64,000 nt of DNA from an uncultured delta proteobacterium. Lineage in GTDB: Bacteria; Desulfobacterota; Binatia; UBA9968. The stretch spans positions 32,001 through 96,000 of the forward strand of contig CAVXEP010000005.1 of the NCBI GenBank assembly GCA_963760795.1. Reading direction: 5' to 3'. The first letter of the stretch is position 1. Each line of letters starts with the position of its first letter. The notes below the pieces were generated by a model. That model was given only the letters and a program-made list of their open reading frames with translations, was not told where the DNA came from and made no database searches. Of this stretch, positions 1 to 10,863 are shown one piece after another. A program made the position numbers and the translations under genes.

Positions 1-3000
1 GTCAGTTGCTGATGTTCAAATATAAGCGCCACCGCGTCCGGGCACCGCTTCGCCTGGGCTTCAAAAAGCTCATGAACGTATTTATCCGAAGGAAAATCTA
101 GCTGGGTGTCGTTCCACTTCTCGAGTAACTGCTGTCGCTCGGGCGCGCTGAGCAAAGCCAGCCGATCAATCGGTTGCTCGGGACCGGCGATAATGCTTTC
201 GAGCAGATTAAGAAAATGCTCGGTCATGCGAACGATTGTCCGCTCATCGAATAAATCCGTATTGTAGGAAAAATTACCGCGCAGCTGGCCACTGCTTTCT
301 TCCAGAAAGAGTTGTAGATCGAACCTTGAAATACCGCTGTCGAGGTCGAGCGGGGAGACTGACGTGCCGGAAAGCACAGGAGCGACGTGCGGCGTGTTCT
401 GGAAAGCAAATGCCACATCGACAATGGGACTACGGTTTAGCTGCCGTTCAGGATGGAGTTCTTCGACCAGTTTTTCGAAGGGTAGATCCTGGTGCGCATA
501 GGCCGCCAAACAGACCAGCCGCACTCGGTTCAACAACTCCAAAAAGCTTGGCTCGCCGGAAGTATCGACTCGAAAAACTAAAATGTTGAGGAAAAAACCA
601 ATGAGGTTCTCAACCTCAGCGCGATTCCGGCCGGCAACCGGGCATCCGATCGTGATGTCATCTTGCGATGTGTAGCGATGCAATAATGTCTGAAACGCCG
701 CCAGCAAAGTCATGAAAAGGGTTGCGCCGCGGTCGCGGCTGAGCCGCTTGAGCTTGGCGGAAAGGTCCAGCGAAAGGGTAAAGCATTGCTTCGCTCCGCG
801 ACTCGATTGAACCGGCGGGCGCGGCCGGTCCGTCAATAAATGTATGGGAGTCGTTCCGTCTAGCTGTCGGCGCCAATACTCCGACTGCTTCTGCATCAGG
901 TGGTTTTGCAGTCTGTCCCTCTGCCAACTGGCATAATCAGCGTATTGAATAGCAAGTTTCGGCAGCGAAACTTGCTTGCCTTGGCAAAACGCTTCATAGC
1001 AATCCGCCAGCTCGCGCCAAAGTACGCCCATAGACCAACCGTCGAAGACGATGTGATGCACAGCAAACAGCAAAACATGATCGTCATCGCTGCGACGAAG
1101 CAATGAAACCCGCAACATGGGACCACGACTCAGATCGAAGGGTTGCCGTGCCAGGGCGGCGCAATAGCGCCGCAACACCGCCTCGTCTTCAAGCACCGAT
1201 TTACGTTCGCCGAGATCGACTACGTTGAGCGAGGTAGTCAAGTTTGCCAGAACCTTCAGGTTTGGCTTACCGTCCACCGACTCGAAAACTGTTCGGAGAA
1301 CTTCATGGCGCGCGATAATTTCATTAAGACTTTGCTCCAGCGCGCTGATGTTCAGCTTGCCGGCGATCTGAAAAGCGCTAAGCAAATTGTATGCGGGATC
1401 TCCGGGATGGAGCTGGTCTAAAAACCAAAGTCGCTGCTGTGAAAAGGAAAGTTCTCGTGGCGGCTTGCTTGAGACAGAGCACAGGGCAGTTTCATTCGCA
1501 GGTGCCGAAGATCGCGCGGTCGCCTCAAGTAATCGAGCGATACCTGCAACGCTGGGAGATGCAAAAAGGTTCGCCATGGGGATTTCCCGTTCGAACGTTG
1601 CAGTTAAGCGGGTCATGACACGTCCCAAGGTTAACGAGTCGCCGCCGAGTTCGAACAAATTATCCTCGATCCCCACCGGCTCGATCCCAATACATTGGGA
1701 AAAGATTCGAGCGACGGTATTTTCTAAGTCGGTGCGAGGAGCGACAAATGGCGTATCGAGTTCCGGCCGGCGACTGTCCGGATCAGGTAACGCCCGGCGG
1801 TCGATCTTGCCGTTCACGGTTAACGGCAAAGCGTCTAGAAAAACGAACGTCGACGGAATCATGTACTCGGGCAGCTTGGTCTGCAGCAGACGGCGCATTT
1901 CTCTGGTGCTGGGTGCGGCTGGGGATGTGAGATAAGCGACCAATCGAGCCTCTCCCGAGTCCCTCACTTTTGCGACTACTACGGCATCTTGAATTCCCAC
2001 TTGCTCGCGCAGAGTTTTTTCCACTTCGCCGATCTCTACACCGTAACCACGAATCTTGACGCGGAAATCCTTGCGGCCCTTGTGGATAAGGCAGCCATCG
2101 GCAAGCATGAGGCCGAGATCGCCCGTGTGATAGATACGTTGATCGCCGTGTTCGGGGTCGGTTTTGAATTTCGCCGTGGTTAGTTCCGGATCACGCCAAT
2201 AGCCTGGCGATAGATATTTGCTACGAACTACGATTTCGCCGATTTCGTTGTAACCGACCGGATCACCTTGTTCGTCCAGCAATACGATTTCTTTATCTCG
2301 GGCAGCATAACCGACCGGAACGTCATCGCCGGGAACTTTGCTATCCCTCTCGATAAAATACTCGGCCAGCAAGTGTGTCTCACTAGAATTCAAACCGTTA
2401 ACTAAGAGACTGTATGCGGAGAAATATCGTTTATAGAGATCGACATCGGTTTTACAAACCGTTTCACTGCTCAACCTAAGCAATCGTAGATCGGGAAATC
2501 GCTCCGCTTCCGTCAGAACTTCGCAGAGGTTACGAAATAATGGAGCGGCAATTGGCAAGATCGTTATTTTCTCCTGCGCGAGCCAACGGCTCAGACCGCC
2601 GAACCCTTCTCTGTTAACGTCGAACGGCAAGAGCGCGGCACCATTCAACAAGGCACAAAAACTCCCGATGATGGCATTTGACGTACCGGCACAATAAGAT
2701 GTGGAATTCGGTCCTGGGCACAAAATCCGCCGGCATCGCTGCGTAACATCGAGATATGCAGAACCATCCTGTGATTAGTGATGACTCCCTTGGGGCGCCC
2801 GCTGGAGCCCGATGTGTGAACAATGAAGGCCAGCGTGTCAGGTAAGATTTCCTGGCAAAGATTGTCCAACGGAAGCCTGTCATCGACTGATTCGAGCTCG
2901 ATCACCGACTGACCGTCTCGCATGAGTTCATTGGCTAACGAAAGATTTTGCCGGTTGGTCATTGTTAAATCCGGCGAGCAATCGTCTAGGATCGCTTCGA

Positions 3001-3388
3001 GTCGCGCTTTGGGCAGCACAGAGTCTAGCAGCACGAAGAATCTGCCGGCTTTTAGTACGCCGATCATTGCCGCGATTTGCTCTACGCCTTTCTCAAACAG
3101 CAGCGCGACAGGCATGTCTCGGTTGCCGCGCTGCGCCGCTACGACTCGTGCGACTCGATTGGCGATCCTGTTTAGCTCCGCATAGGTGACAACTCGTTTA
3201 CCCGTCTTGATCGCGGTATGATCGGGGTATCGCTTTACGATCTTCTCAAATCGTGCCGGGATCGATGATTCGACTTCTTCAATGGGAAACTCGGCGAGCG
3301 TTCCCGACGGATGAAAACACCGATCCCGGATCGCCTGCTGCTCCGGCGGAAGTTTGCAGCTATTTTTAAGTGAATCCGTCATGTTCAT
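1..3388 (-). CDS. Non-ribosomal peptide synthetase, 5' part (A-T-C-start of second A); continues past the left edge; one apparent frameshift near 2690
   Basis: Manual minus-strand translation gives A-domain motifs IVHTSGSSGRPKG, YHTGDLG, GRKDFRVKIRG and LTVNGKIDRRALP; carrier-domain motif LFELGGDSL (~1640); condensation motifs SFSQQRLWFL, HHIVFDGWS, IGFFLNILV and HQDLPFEKLV; then PDAVALIFEHQQL at the edge. The frame is open from ~2690 to base 1, so the ORF track omits it. Confidence 0.93.
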
Positions 3389-3740
3389 ATCCAATTGAGT
3401 TCGTGCCCGTTCTTCAGCCAAAGGGCTTCATCCTCACTTCCGAGATACCCATATCCTAACTGAGAACGCGATCGAGCTTCAATGTTGAATATCAGTGAAA
3501 CAACTAATGTTTATGATGGTAAGACTATTCTTGTAGCGCGATTGCTGAGTGAATCGGCGATACGAAGAGGTAAATTAGCGGGATTGTAATGATAGCATCC
3601 GACCTTCATGCTCGATAAAGTCACCGCAAACTCCCGCATTGGATCAGAGTAGCAAAGGCCCCGGTCACGTCGAGACCCAATTCGAACGGCAGCTGCCATG
3701 ATTGATCCTCCCCATGAAATGTGATTTTTGTTTTGTTTAT

Positions 3741-3824
3741 CGTAGGGGCGACCCGCCGCCTGTCCTGAGCAAAGTCGAAGGGTGGTCGCCCGTCCGAGGG
3801 CAGACACATCGGTCTGCCCTGACG
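3741..3824. repeat. GTAG-type REP-like doublet with a second repeat element inserted in its first hairpin loop
   Basis: GTAG-GGGCGACC...GGTCGCCC hairpin whose loop holds CCTGTCCTGAGCAAAGTCGAAGGG (3759-3782), then the hairpin AGGGCAGAC-ACATC-GGTCTGCCCT (3797-3820). Confidence 0.7.
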
Positions 3825-3882
3825 ATGACGCGTCGTAAATCCCAAATTGAACCACTACAGCAACCTACCGGAGGATTGAACC

Positions 3883-5001
3883 ATGGCCAAGAACGGCTTC
3901 AAGATTATCGACAGCGACATGCATATCATGGAACCGCCTGATTTATGGGAGCGCTATATCGACAAAAAGTTCAAGGATCGCGCCCCGCGCGGCGTCGTCA
4001 GTCATAACGTCCGCGACCTGCGCATGGTTTATCCCGACGGCCGGGATTGGGCGCGCCAATCGCCGCGCGAAAGCGATGTCGCCAGCGGCCACAATTTCGA
4101 AAAGAATCAAAACACCTACCGAGTCGATGCCGAGCGCGGCTGGAGCGCGGAAGTGCAGCTCGAAGCGATGGATATCGAAGGCATCGACATCGCGGTTTTG
4201 TATCCGACCCGAGGTCTGCGCGCCTTGGTCATTGACGATATGGATGCGCCCTTCGCCGCCGCCATGGCGCGCGCCTACAACGATTGGCTATATGATTTTT
4301 GCAAGAAAGATCCAACGCGCTTGATCGGCGCGGCGATGATCTCACCCTACAATATGAATGACGCCGTCAGCGAGGCGCGCCGCTGTGCCGAATTGGGCTT
4401 TCGCGCGGTTTTTCTGCGCGCGGTACCGCTGGTCGATCATCAATGGGAAGACGACTATTACGAACCGCTGTGGGATGCATTGGAAGCGCTCAATCTCTCG
4501 GTGGGACTGCACGAGTCGACCGGAACGGGTAAAAAACAAGTGGGCCGGCGCCTCGAGCCCAATCTCATGCTGCGCCGGGTTTACGCTCAGCCCTTCGAGC
4601 AGATGATGGCGCTCGGCAACTTCTGCGCCGGCGGCGTGTTGGCGCGCCATGCCAAATTGCGCGTGGCATTTTTAGAAGCTAACTGCAGCTGGCTGCCCTG
4701 GCTGCTCTGGCGATTGGACGAAACCTGGGAGCTCGAAGGCGATGTTTGGGCGCCGGCATTGAAAATGAAGCCCAGCGAATATTTCAAGCGTCAATGCGTG
4801 GTATCCATCGAACCCGGTGAGATTACCGCGACTAATTTAGTCGACCAGTTCGGCAGCGGCCGGTTAGTTTTTTCGACGGATTATCCGCATGGCGATTCCA
4901 AATATCCCGAAGCGGTGAATCACTTCCTCAAGCTGCCCATCGCCGACGAGCACAAACGAAAAATTCTCTGGGACAATTGCGCCGCCTATTATGCGATGTG
5001 A
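3883..5001 (+). CDS. Amidohydrolase family protein (amidohydrolase_2 type)
   Basis: IIDSDMH, AMDIEGIDIAVLYPT, AYNDW, FLEANCSW and FSTDYPHGD motifs; GGAGG RBS. Confidence 0.9.
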   Translation: MAKNGFKIIDSDMHIMEPPDLWERYIDKKFKDRAPRGVVSHNVRDLRMVYPDGRDWARQSPRESDVASGHNFEKNQNTYRVDAERGWSAEVQLEAMDIEGIDIAVLYPTRGLRALVIDDMDAPFAAAMARAYNDWLYDFCKKDPTRLIGAAMISPYNMNDAVSEARRCAELGFRAVFLRAVPLVDHQWEDDYYEPLWDALEALNLSVGLHESTGTGKKQVGRRLEPNLMLRRVYAQPFEQMMALGNFCAGGVLARHAKLRVAFLEANCSWLPWLLWRLDETWELEGDVWAPALKMKPSEYFKRQCVVSIEPGEITATNLVDQFGSGRLVFSTDYPHGDSKYPEAVNHFLKLPIADEHKRKILWDNCAAYYAM

Positions 5002-5066
5002 CTCGGTGAATTGAAAAGGCGCGGCTCCAGCGTCCATTGGAACCCGGAGCCGCGCCATGGATGAAG

Positions 5067-5177
5067 CTATCGAGAATCGTAACCCCTGGAATAATCGCGG
5101 CGGTGATGCAACCAGTGGCAACCGGACGCCGAAACGACTCCCAACGCCAACAAGACCAATAGCGCGGTGGTTTTCAT
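5067..5177 (-). CDS. Very small predicted lipoprotein, 36 aa (MKTTALLVLLALGVVSASGCHWLHHRRDYSRGYDSR)
   Basis: Strong AAAGGAGG RBS just upstream of ATG 5177; basic n-region, hydrophobic h-region and lipobox-like ASG-C. Confidence 0.65.
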   Translation of the reverse strand: MKTTALLVLLALGVVSASGCHWLHHRRDYSRGYDSR

Positions 5178-5476
5178 GGTCCCTCCTTTCCTTGCCAGAG
5201 TTCTTGAGTGTAACGACTGAGCCAATTGTTTTTTCGTCATTGTCTGATTCCTTAACTTGTTAGACGGCGGCGCAGATAGTTCGCACCGGCGTCGACAAAA
5301 ACATTTCCCGCACAATCGGCGCGGCAATAGAGAAATGCTAGAGAGAAATAACCCGGCGGGAGATTCCAGTTACGGCGAAAGATAGCAGCGCAGACTTTTG
5401 CGTGAAGACGAAATTGCCCCGGCTACAAGCCAGGAGATTGTAAGTGCGTTGACTCGAAGTCGATTGGCTCTATTTG

Positions 5477-5502
5477 GTCATTCTCGCGAAAGCGAGAATC
5501 CA
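5477..5502. repeat. GTCATT...AATCCA palindromic repeat (single arm)
   Basis: GTCATTCTCGCGAAAGCGAGAATCCA hairpin, same pattern as the arms at 7317-7386. Confidence 0.6.
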
Positions 5503-5587
5503 GGTGACGACAGCGCGGCTATGACGGAACTTCTCTTAGCCTGCCTCGTCGGCACGAGAAAATTGCCAGTTGGCCTACTTCGGTGGA

Positions 5588-5860
5588 TCAATCCCGGTTG
5601 CGGCGATCGTCTTCGAAGCGCTGTTTCAAGCGGTCGCGGCGGTCCTGCGGCATGCGGTTCCAGCGGTCCCATTCCTCGCGCAGGTGTTCTTTGTCTTTCG
5701 GCGGCAGCTTTTCCCAGCGCTCATAATTGCGGCGAACATTGTCCTTCTCCTTGGGATTGAGCTTGCGCCAGTCATCGCCGGCGGCCAGGGCACTGGACTC
5801 AAACAAGAGAAATAACCCAAGGACGATTAGAAACAGTTTATGCGTTTTCATCTTTGTCAT
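5588..5860 (-). CDS. DUF3106-like exported protein
   Basis: Signal peptide followed by repeats of the W-x-x-L/M-x-P type (WRKLNPKEK, WEKLPPKDK, WNRMPQDRR); lies after the anti-sigma gene. Confidence 0.8.
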   Translation of the reverse strand: MTKMKTHKLFLIVLGLFLLFESSALAAGDDWRKLNPKEKDNVRRNYERWEKLPPKDKEHLREEWDRWNRMPQDRRDRLKQRFEDDRRNRD

Positions 5861-5873
5861 AGCCGCAGTTTAT

Positions 5874-6437
5874 TTACGCAACCGCCGGCGCCGCTCCCCC
5901 GTTATGAATATCGCTGGTCTTAGGCTCCGGCTTGCTGGCATCCAGTTCTTCAAGGGTGCCGAGCGATTCGAGAATTTCCAGCGATTTGAAGAATTCGAGC
6001 TGATTCGAGTCGACCAGCACCTCGGCGGGAATGCTCGGCGCCGGCGTATCGATGAATGAAACCAGGTCACTCTTTTCCAATACCAAGGCGATCGCCAAAG
6101 CCGCCACCGCCATCGTGCCGAAGGCAGGCATCAGCCAACCGTTCAGCGGTGCGAACCAATCGCTCCACCAACTCTGTCGCGCCTCATGGGCGTCCACCTT
6201 CGCCATGGTTTCACGAAAGTAACTATCCCAGAACGGCTGCGGCAATTCCGGCTGCGGCGCCATCTGCGGTAACACGCGGCCGAGATCATCGATAAAGTTA
6301 CGGCAGCGGCCGCACTGCGCCATATGCTGCTCCATCGCCGCGCGCTCGGCGGCGCCGCTCTCGCCGTAGTAGTAGAGCACCAAGTCTTCTTCGTAGTTTT
6401 TGCAGGCGCCTTCGAGCGGCGCAACGCGATTTTCCAT
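5874..6437 (-). CDS. Zinc-finger (zf-HC2) transmembrane anti-sigma factor
   Basis: HMAQCGRC (HxxxCxxC) motif and one TM helix, directly downstream of an ECF sigma gene. Confidence 0.85.
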   Translation of the reverse strand: MENRVAPLEGACKNYEEDLVLYYYGESGAAERAAMEQHMAQCGRCRNFIDDLGRVLPQMAPQPELPQPFWDSYFRETMAKVDAHEARQSWWSDWFAPLNGWLMPAFGTMAVAALAIALVLEKSDLVSFIDTPAPSIPAEVLVDSNQLEFFKSLEILESLGTLEELDASKPEPKTSDIHNGGAAPAVA

Positions 6438-6447
6438 GACCTTCTCC

Positions 6448-7023
6448 CTAAACGAACTCCACCAGGCTGTGGCGCAGTGCCGCTACCGCCCTGTGCAGAT
6501 ATACCCGAACGGTTCCTTCAGTGGTTTTCATCACCTTAGCGATATCGGCGATCGGCAGACCTTCCTGGTTCCGCAGTAGAAATGCCGTGCGCTGTTTATT
6601 GGGCATCGACTCCAAAGTTGCATTGGCGCGTCGCGTCGCTTCACCGGCGATCGCATGCTGATCCGGCAGATACTGGGTGTCAACCAACTGGCGCTGGCCT
6701 CCAGGTCCCTCGGCACTCTTGTCCAGCGACTCCCACATCACCCGGCCACTGCGCCGCGCATGATCCAAGCAGAGATTGACCACGATCCGATAGAACCAAG
6801 TATAGAAACTCGATCGGCCGTCAAAACGCTTGATGTTGACGTAGGCGCGCAGAAACGCGTCTTGCGATAGATCTTTGGCTGTCTCCGTATTACGCGTGAA
6901 GTTGTACGCGATATGAAACGCCTTTTCCATATAGCGCCGCACCAATACCTCGAAGCAATCGGTCTGACCCTGTTGAGACAAGGCCACCAACGCTTCGTCG
7001 CCGAGATCCTGCGTGCTTTCCAT
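6448..7023 (-). CDS. ECF RNA polymerase sigma-70 factor
   Basis: Region 2 (AKDLSQDAFLRAY, FYTWFYRIVVNLCLD) and region 4 HTH (IADIAKVMKTTEGTVRVYLHRA). Confidence 0.93.
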   Translation of the reverse strand: MESTQDLGDEALVALSQQGQTDCFEVLVRRYMEKAFHIAYNFTRNTETAKDLSQDAFLRAYVNIKRFDGRSSFYTWFYRIVVNLCLDHARRSGRVMWESLDKSAEGPGGQRQLVDTQYLPDQHAIAGEATRRANATLESMPNKQRTAFLLRNQEGLPIADIAKVMKTTEGTVRVYLHRAVAALRHSLVEFV

Positions 7024-7063
7024 GGCTATTCAACGGTGGTGGTCAAACCAGCCGCTTGTCTGG

Positions 7064-7090
7064 TTAGACGCCTCAGCCAGACAAAGGTTA
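7064..7090 (-). promoter_or_regulatory. Candidate autoregulatory ECF promoter
   Basis: Minus strand reads TAAC-N16-CGTCTAA, 40 nt upstream of the sigma ATG, matching the general AAC...CGT ECF pattern. Confidence 0.55.
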
Positions 7091-7316
7091 ACACCGCCGA
7101 TCTTCCCAGCGGAAATGGCTTAAGCTGCCGGATTGGTGTGATTTTCGATCGCAGCCACAGGGGCCCCGAACGACCGGAAGGTTGCACCAAAGAGTCACAG
7201 ATATCCTAGCGCGGGTCCAGCGCAGCCAAAGGGGAAAGAGTTTTTCACCACGAAGTGAATCATGATCTTACGCACGCCCACAGATAATGAAAATACCGGA
7301 AGCCATTCCTTAGACT

Positions 7317-7386
7317 CGTCATGCCGGCGCAGGCCGGCATCCAGGGGCGGGAGGAGGGATGGATACCGGCCTGCGCCGGTATGACG
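7317..7386. repeat. Palindromic repeat with 27-bp inverted arms
   Basis: CGTCATGCCGGCGCAGGCCGGCATCCA ... TGGATACCGGCCTGCGCCGGTATGACG; two mismatches between the arms. Confidence 0.75.
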
Positions 7387-7546
7387 GAACAGAGAGTCGT
7401 TATCGATGCGCAGATCATCGCTGCACGTGTATTTTCGAAGGAGGATCTAGCGTGCTAAAACCGCACCAAAGAAAACGATAGAACTCTGGAATTTGACTGC
7501 AAAGAGCACAAAGGGTGCAATAAAAATTCCGAGCGGAAGTCCGAGC

Positions 7547-7570
7547 GTAGGGGGCGTATGGCATACGCCC
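7547..7570. repeat. GTAG-type REP-like hairpin
   Basis: GTAG followed by GGGCGTATG-G-CATACGCCC. Confidence 0.55.
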
Positions 7571-7798
7571 TGGGGCGGCGGAGCGGCGATCACTTGGATA
7601 GGAAATTCACCCAGACGCTCTAATGGACAATGGTCCCCTGAAGAAAATTGTTATCGCGAAGGTCGCTGGCAGCGTTCAAGAAACCTTCCCAGCGACAAGA
7701 TTGTTAGCCGGCGTGAAATCTTTGCTGCCCGCTGGCTGCGCCGGCGATTAACTCGGGGCATGAGAATAGCAAGGAGCAAAACGCGCCCCCATACGCTC

Positions 7799-8460
7799 TC
7801 AATGACCGGATTGGCCGCTGATGCCGGTGACCTTGATACTGCCATGCTTGGATTTGTACTTGCGGTTGAGCGCGATGATCACACCGGTCAAACCTTCGAT
7901 GACATAAGCATTGCTCGCTGGTCCGGCGTCGTAGGCAGTGGCGCCGATGCGCTGGATGATCTCCATGACTTTCTGTTTCGCCTCGCCATTGTCGCCGCAC
8001 ACCAGCACGTCGCCCAGCGGCGAATCGACATCGCCGAGATCGACGGCGGAGATATTATGCAGCGCGCCGATCACCGGCGCTTCGTCGCCGAGAATCTGCT
8101 GCGCTTCCTGCAACGCCGATCCGGCGGCGGGCACGAAAGGCTTAACTTTATTCAGCGGCACCACCGTATCGATGATAATTTTCCCCGCCACCTGGCCTTT
8201 CAAATCCTGCACCATCTGCGCCTGGCCTTCGTAGGGGACCGCGATCACCACGAAGTTGGCGTCCTTGACCGCCGCTTGATTGGTCATGCCGATCATCTCG
8301 CCGGCGCGCAAACTGGGCCGCAAAGTTTCCACCGCCTTTTGGCTTTTTCGGCATCGCGCGAGCCGATGATAATTTTAACCCCCGGCGCGCCCAGGCGGAG
8401 CGCCAGGGCGCTGCCCAAGTTTCCCGTGCCGCCGACGATAGCTACAGTGAAGTTGTCCAT
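7799..8460 (-). CDS. npdG: NADPH-dependent F420 reductase; apparent frameshift near 8340
   Basis: N-terminus MDNFTVAIVGGTGNLGSALALRL...IIIGSRDAEKA joins VVIAVPYEG, IIIDTVVPL, ALHNISA and DVLVCGD across a slip in an A-run. Confidence 0.88.
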
Positions 8461-8474
8461 ATTATTTTTCTAAC

Positions 8475-9228
8475 CTAGCGAAAAAGATCTTCCGCCTCGG
8501 GGCGTAAGAGCTCCTGCACCGATCCTTCCTCGTTAATTTGTATGTCATAGCCGCGCACGATCACCACCGGCACACCGTCGCGCTTGCCCATCACCAACTC
8601 GGCGGCGGAAGCCAATTCATCGGCCACCGCCGCCACCGCCGCTTTGAGTTCGTAACCATGGCGATCCTTGAGACCGCGCTCATCCTTGATCGGATCGAGG
8701 CCGGCAACCCCGACCGCCACATCCACCGTGCCGACGCGCCAGGCGCGGCCGAAGCTATCGCTGACCACGATGCCGACTTGCTTGCCGGTCCGGCGCTGAA
8801 TCTCAGCGCGTATCCCGCGCGCCGAACGGTCGGCGTCCTTGGGCAATAGGGCAACTTGCTTGAGCCCGACATTGGACTGATCCACGCCGGCATTGGCGCA
8901 GACAAAGCCATGATGAGTTTCGACGATCAGCGCCCGGCCGCCGGTGCGAACGACTTTGCGGCTCTCGCCGAGAATGACTTCAATCAGTTCGGCTTCTTTA
9001 CCGAGTTCGCGCGCCAGCTCCCGCGCCCGTGCCGACGGCTGGACCGTTGCCAGCGCAATCATTTGGCCTTCGGCTTTGGAAACGATTTTTTGCGCCACCA
9101 CGAGAACATCGCCGTCGGCGAGTGGCCACTGCTGCCGCTCGCAGGCATCGCAAATAAGTTGCCCGAGGGAGTCGCCGGCATGAACCTCGCGCGATCCCCT
9201 CCAAGCCGACCAGCTCAACTCTTTTCAT
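8475..9228 (-). CDS. cofE: Coenzyme F420-0:L-glutamate ligase; apparent frameshift near 9190
   Basis: VVAQKIVSKAEG, CANAGVDQSN, SDSFGRAWR and ADELASAAELVMGK; ATG 9228 overlaps the cofC stop (ATGA). Confidence 0.92.
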
Positions 9229-9916
9229 GCCCCACCAGAGCCTTGGGCGAGCGGCGCGAGGCGCTCAGCGAGCAACTCCTGGGCAACCCGGGTCGACTCG
9301 CCGCCCTGATAACCATAGGCAAGAAACCGCTCGAGATCCTTCGGCTCGTCGATATCGAGAGCGATATGCTCGTTCTCGACAAAACGAGCCGGCAACCCTT
9401 GCGCGGCTACCTGGCCCATATGAAAAGTTGAAACTGTCATGGCCAAAGCGCAGTTGGATCACATCCGGCGGCGCCAACAACAGCGCATTGGTGCCAAGCT
9501 TGTCGTGGGACGGCACCAATAGAGCGATACGGCGCAGCCGCATCGACTGGAACCTGTGCCAGCACCGCTTCGACATCTGCGGCGCGCACCAGCGGCATAT
9601 CGCCGGGAATGATCAGCACCGCTTGGCAGCCCGCCTGCTTCAATTCGCGACGGGCGAAATCGACGGCGCTGGTTTCGCCGTTCTCGGCACTCTCGCGGAT
9701 CACTGCCGCACCCGCCGCAGCAGCGATGGCAGCAACCTTGTCATCGCCGGTGACAACAAAGGTTCCGGCAAGCCCGCGCGCCAGCCGCACCTGGCGCAGG
9801 ACATCGCGGAACATGGTTTCCGCCAATACTTCACGCGCCGCAACGCCCAGCAGCGGGCCCAAACGTTGCTTGGCGTTGTGAAAACCTTTCACGGGCATCA
9901 GAGCGGCGACATTCAT
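9225..9916 (-). CDS. cofC: 2-phospho-L-lactate/PEP guanylyltransferase; apparent frameshifts near 9530 and 9425
   Basis: PVKGFHNAKQRL, IIPGDMPL, GTNALLL, RFGHDSF and LDIDEPKDL are spread over three frames. Confidence 0.88.
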
Positions 9917-9934
9917 GGAAAGAAAATTCTTAGA

Positions 9935-10863
9935 CTATTTTTTGACCAAGGCCAAGACTTCGCGCGCCAGGCGCCTTTTGGCGGCGATATCACCCATGCG
10001 AATATTGGTGCAGCTCGGCATAACTTTGACTGCCTCGACCGCCGGCACGGCAGCACGATCTTCATCGGCAATCAGCAGCGTATCGAGAAAGTCGGCGTAA
10101 CAGCCAGCGACACCCGCAGCGGAAGCAGCGAAACCGCTGGCGACCATGAGCTTATGCGCCGGGCCGGAAATCGCCGCGCCACCGATGATCGGACTCACAC
10201 CGACCACCGGAGCGCTGAATCTGTTTGAGCGCCGCGCGAATTCCTGGAACCGCGAGAATCGGGCCGATGCTGGTGATCGGGTTGCTCGGACAAACGATGA
10301 TCGCCGCGGCGACTGCTGAATCGCGTCCAACACACCCGGCGCCGGCTGGCTTGCACGGCGCCGACGAAATGGACTGAAGTCACTTCGCGTGCCCAGCGCT
10401 CCTTGACGAAGAATTCCTGAAAGGAAAGCTCCCCCTGGGGCGTCCGCACGCGCGTCTCGACGCGGTCGTCAGACATCGGCAAGATTCTCGACTGAACTCC
10501 TAACCGTCGGCGAATGCGCTCGGTCACTTCAGACAGTTTCAGCCCTTCGTTGAGCAACTGGGTCCGCGTGATATGGGTCGCCAAATCTTTATCGCCGAGA
10601 TTGAACCACGCGTCATTGCCGAGCCGGCGCAGCTGCTCCAGCGCTGTGAAAGTGTCGCCGCGAATTCCCCAGCCCTTCTCACTGTCGCTCAAGTCCGCCA
10701 GCGTGTAAGTGATCGTGTCGATATCCGGCGATACGTACAGGCCGTGAAAAACCGCATCGTCGCCGGTGTTACAGATAATCGTCAGCTCGGCTGGATCGAT
10801 CTCAGCGGCCAAGCCTTCGATGAGTTTTGCACCGCCGGTGCCGCCGGTGAGAACGACCAGCAT
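9935..10863 (-). CDS. cofD: 2-phospho-L-lactate transferase; apparent frameshifts near 10345, 10312 and 10215
   Basis: LTGGTGGAK, NTGDD, SPDIDT, LGDKDLATH, SFQEFFV, CPSNPITSIGPIL and GVSPIIGG; ATG overlaps the cofG stop (TGATG). Confidence 0.9.

Noticed and set aside
5259-5285. Further ECF promoters (CGTCTAA here and at 55347)
   Set aside because: The -10 element matches, but the nearest AAC is 12-13 nt away rather than 16.
7160-7195. SRP RNA-like GGAA hairpin (CGACCGGAAGGTTG)
   Set aside because: It lacks the conserved CAGG...AGCAG internal loop and a long closing stem.
7493-10228. Long antisense ORFs (7493..8473, 9227..10228; likewise 46522..47538 and 57790..58815)
   Set aside because: They shadow well-supported genes on the opposite strand, as expected in GC-rich DNA, and show no recognisable motifs.
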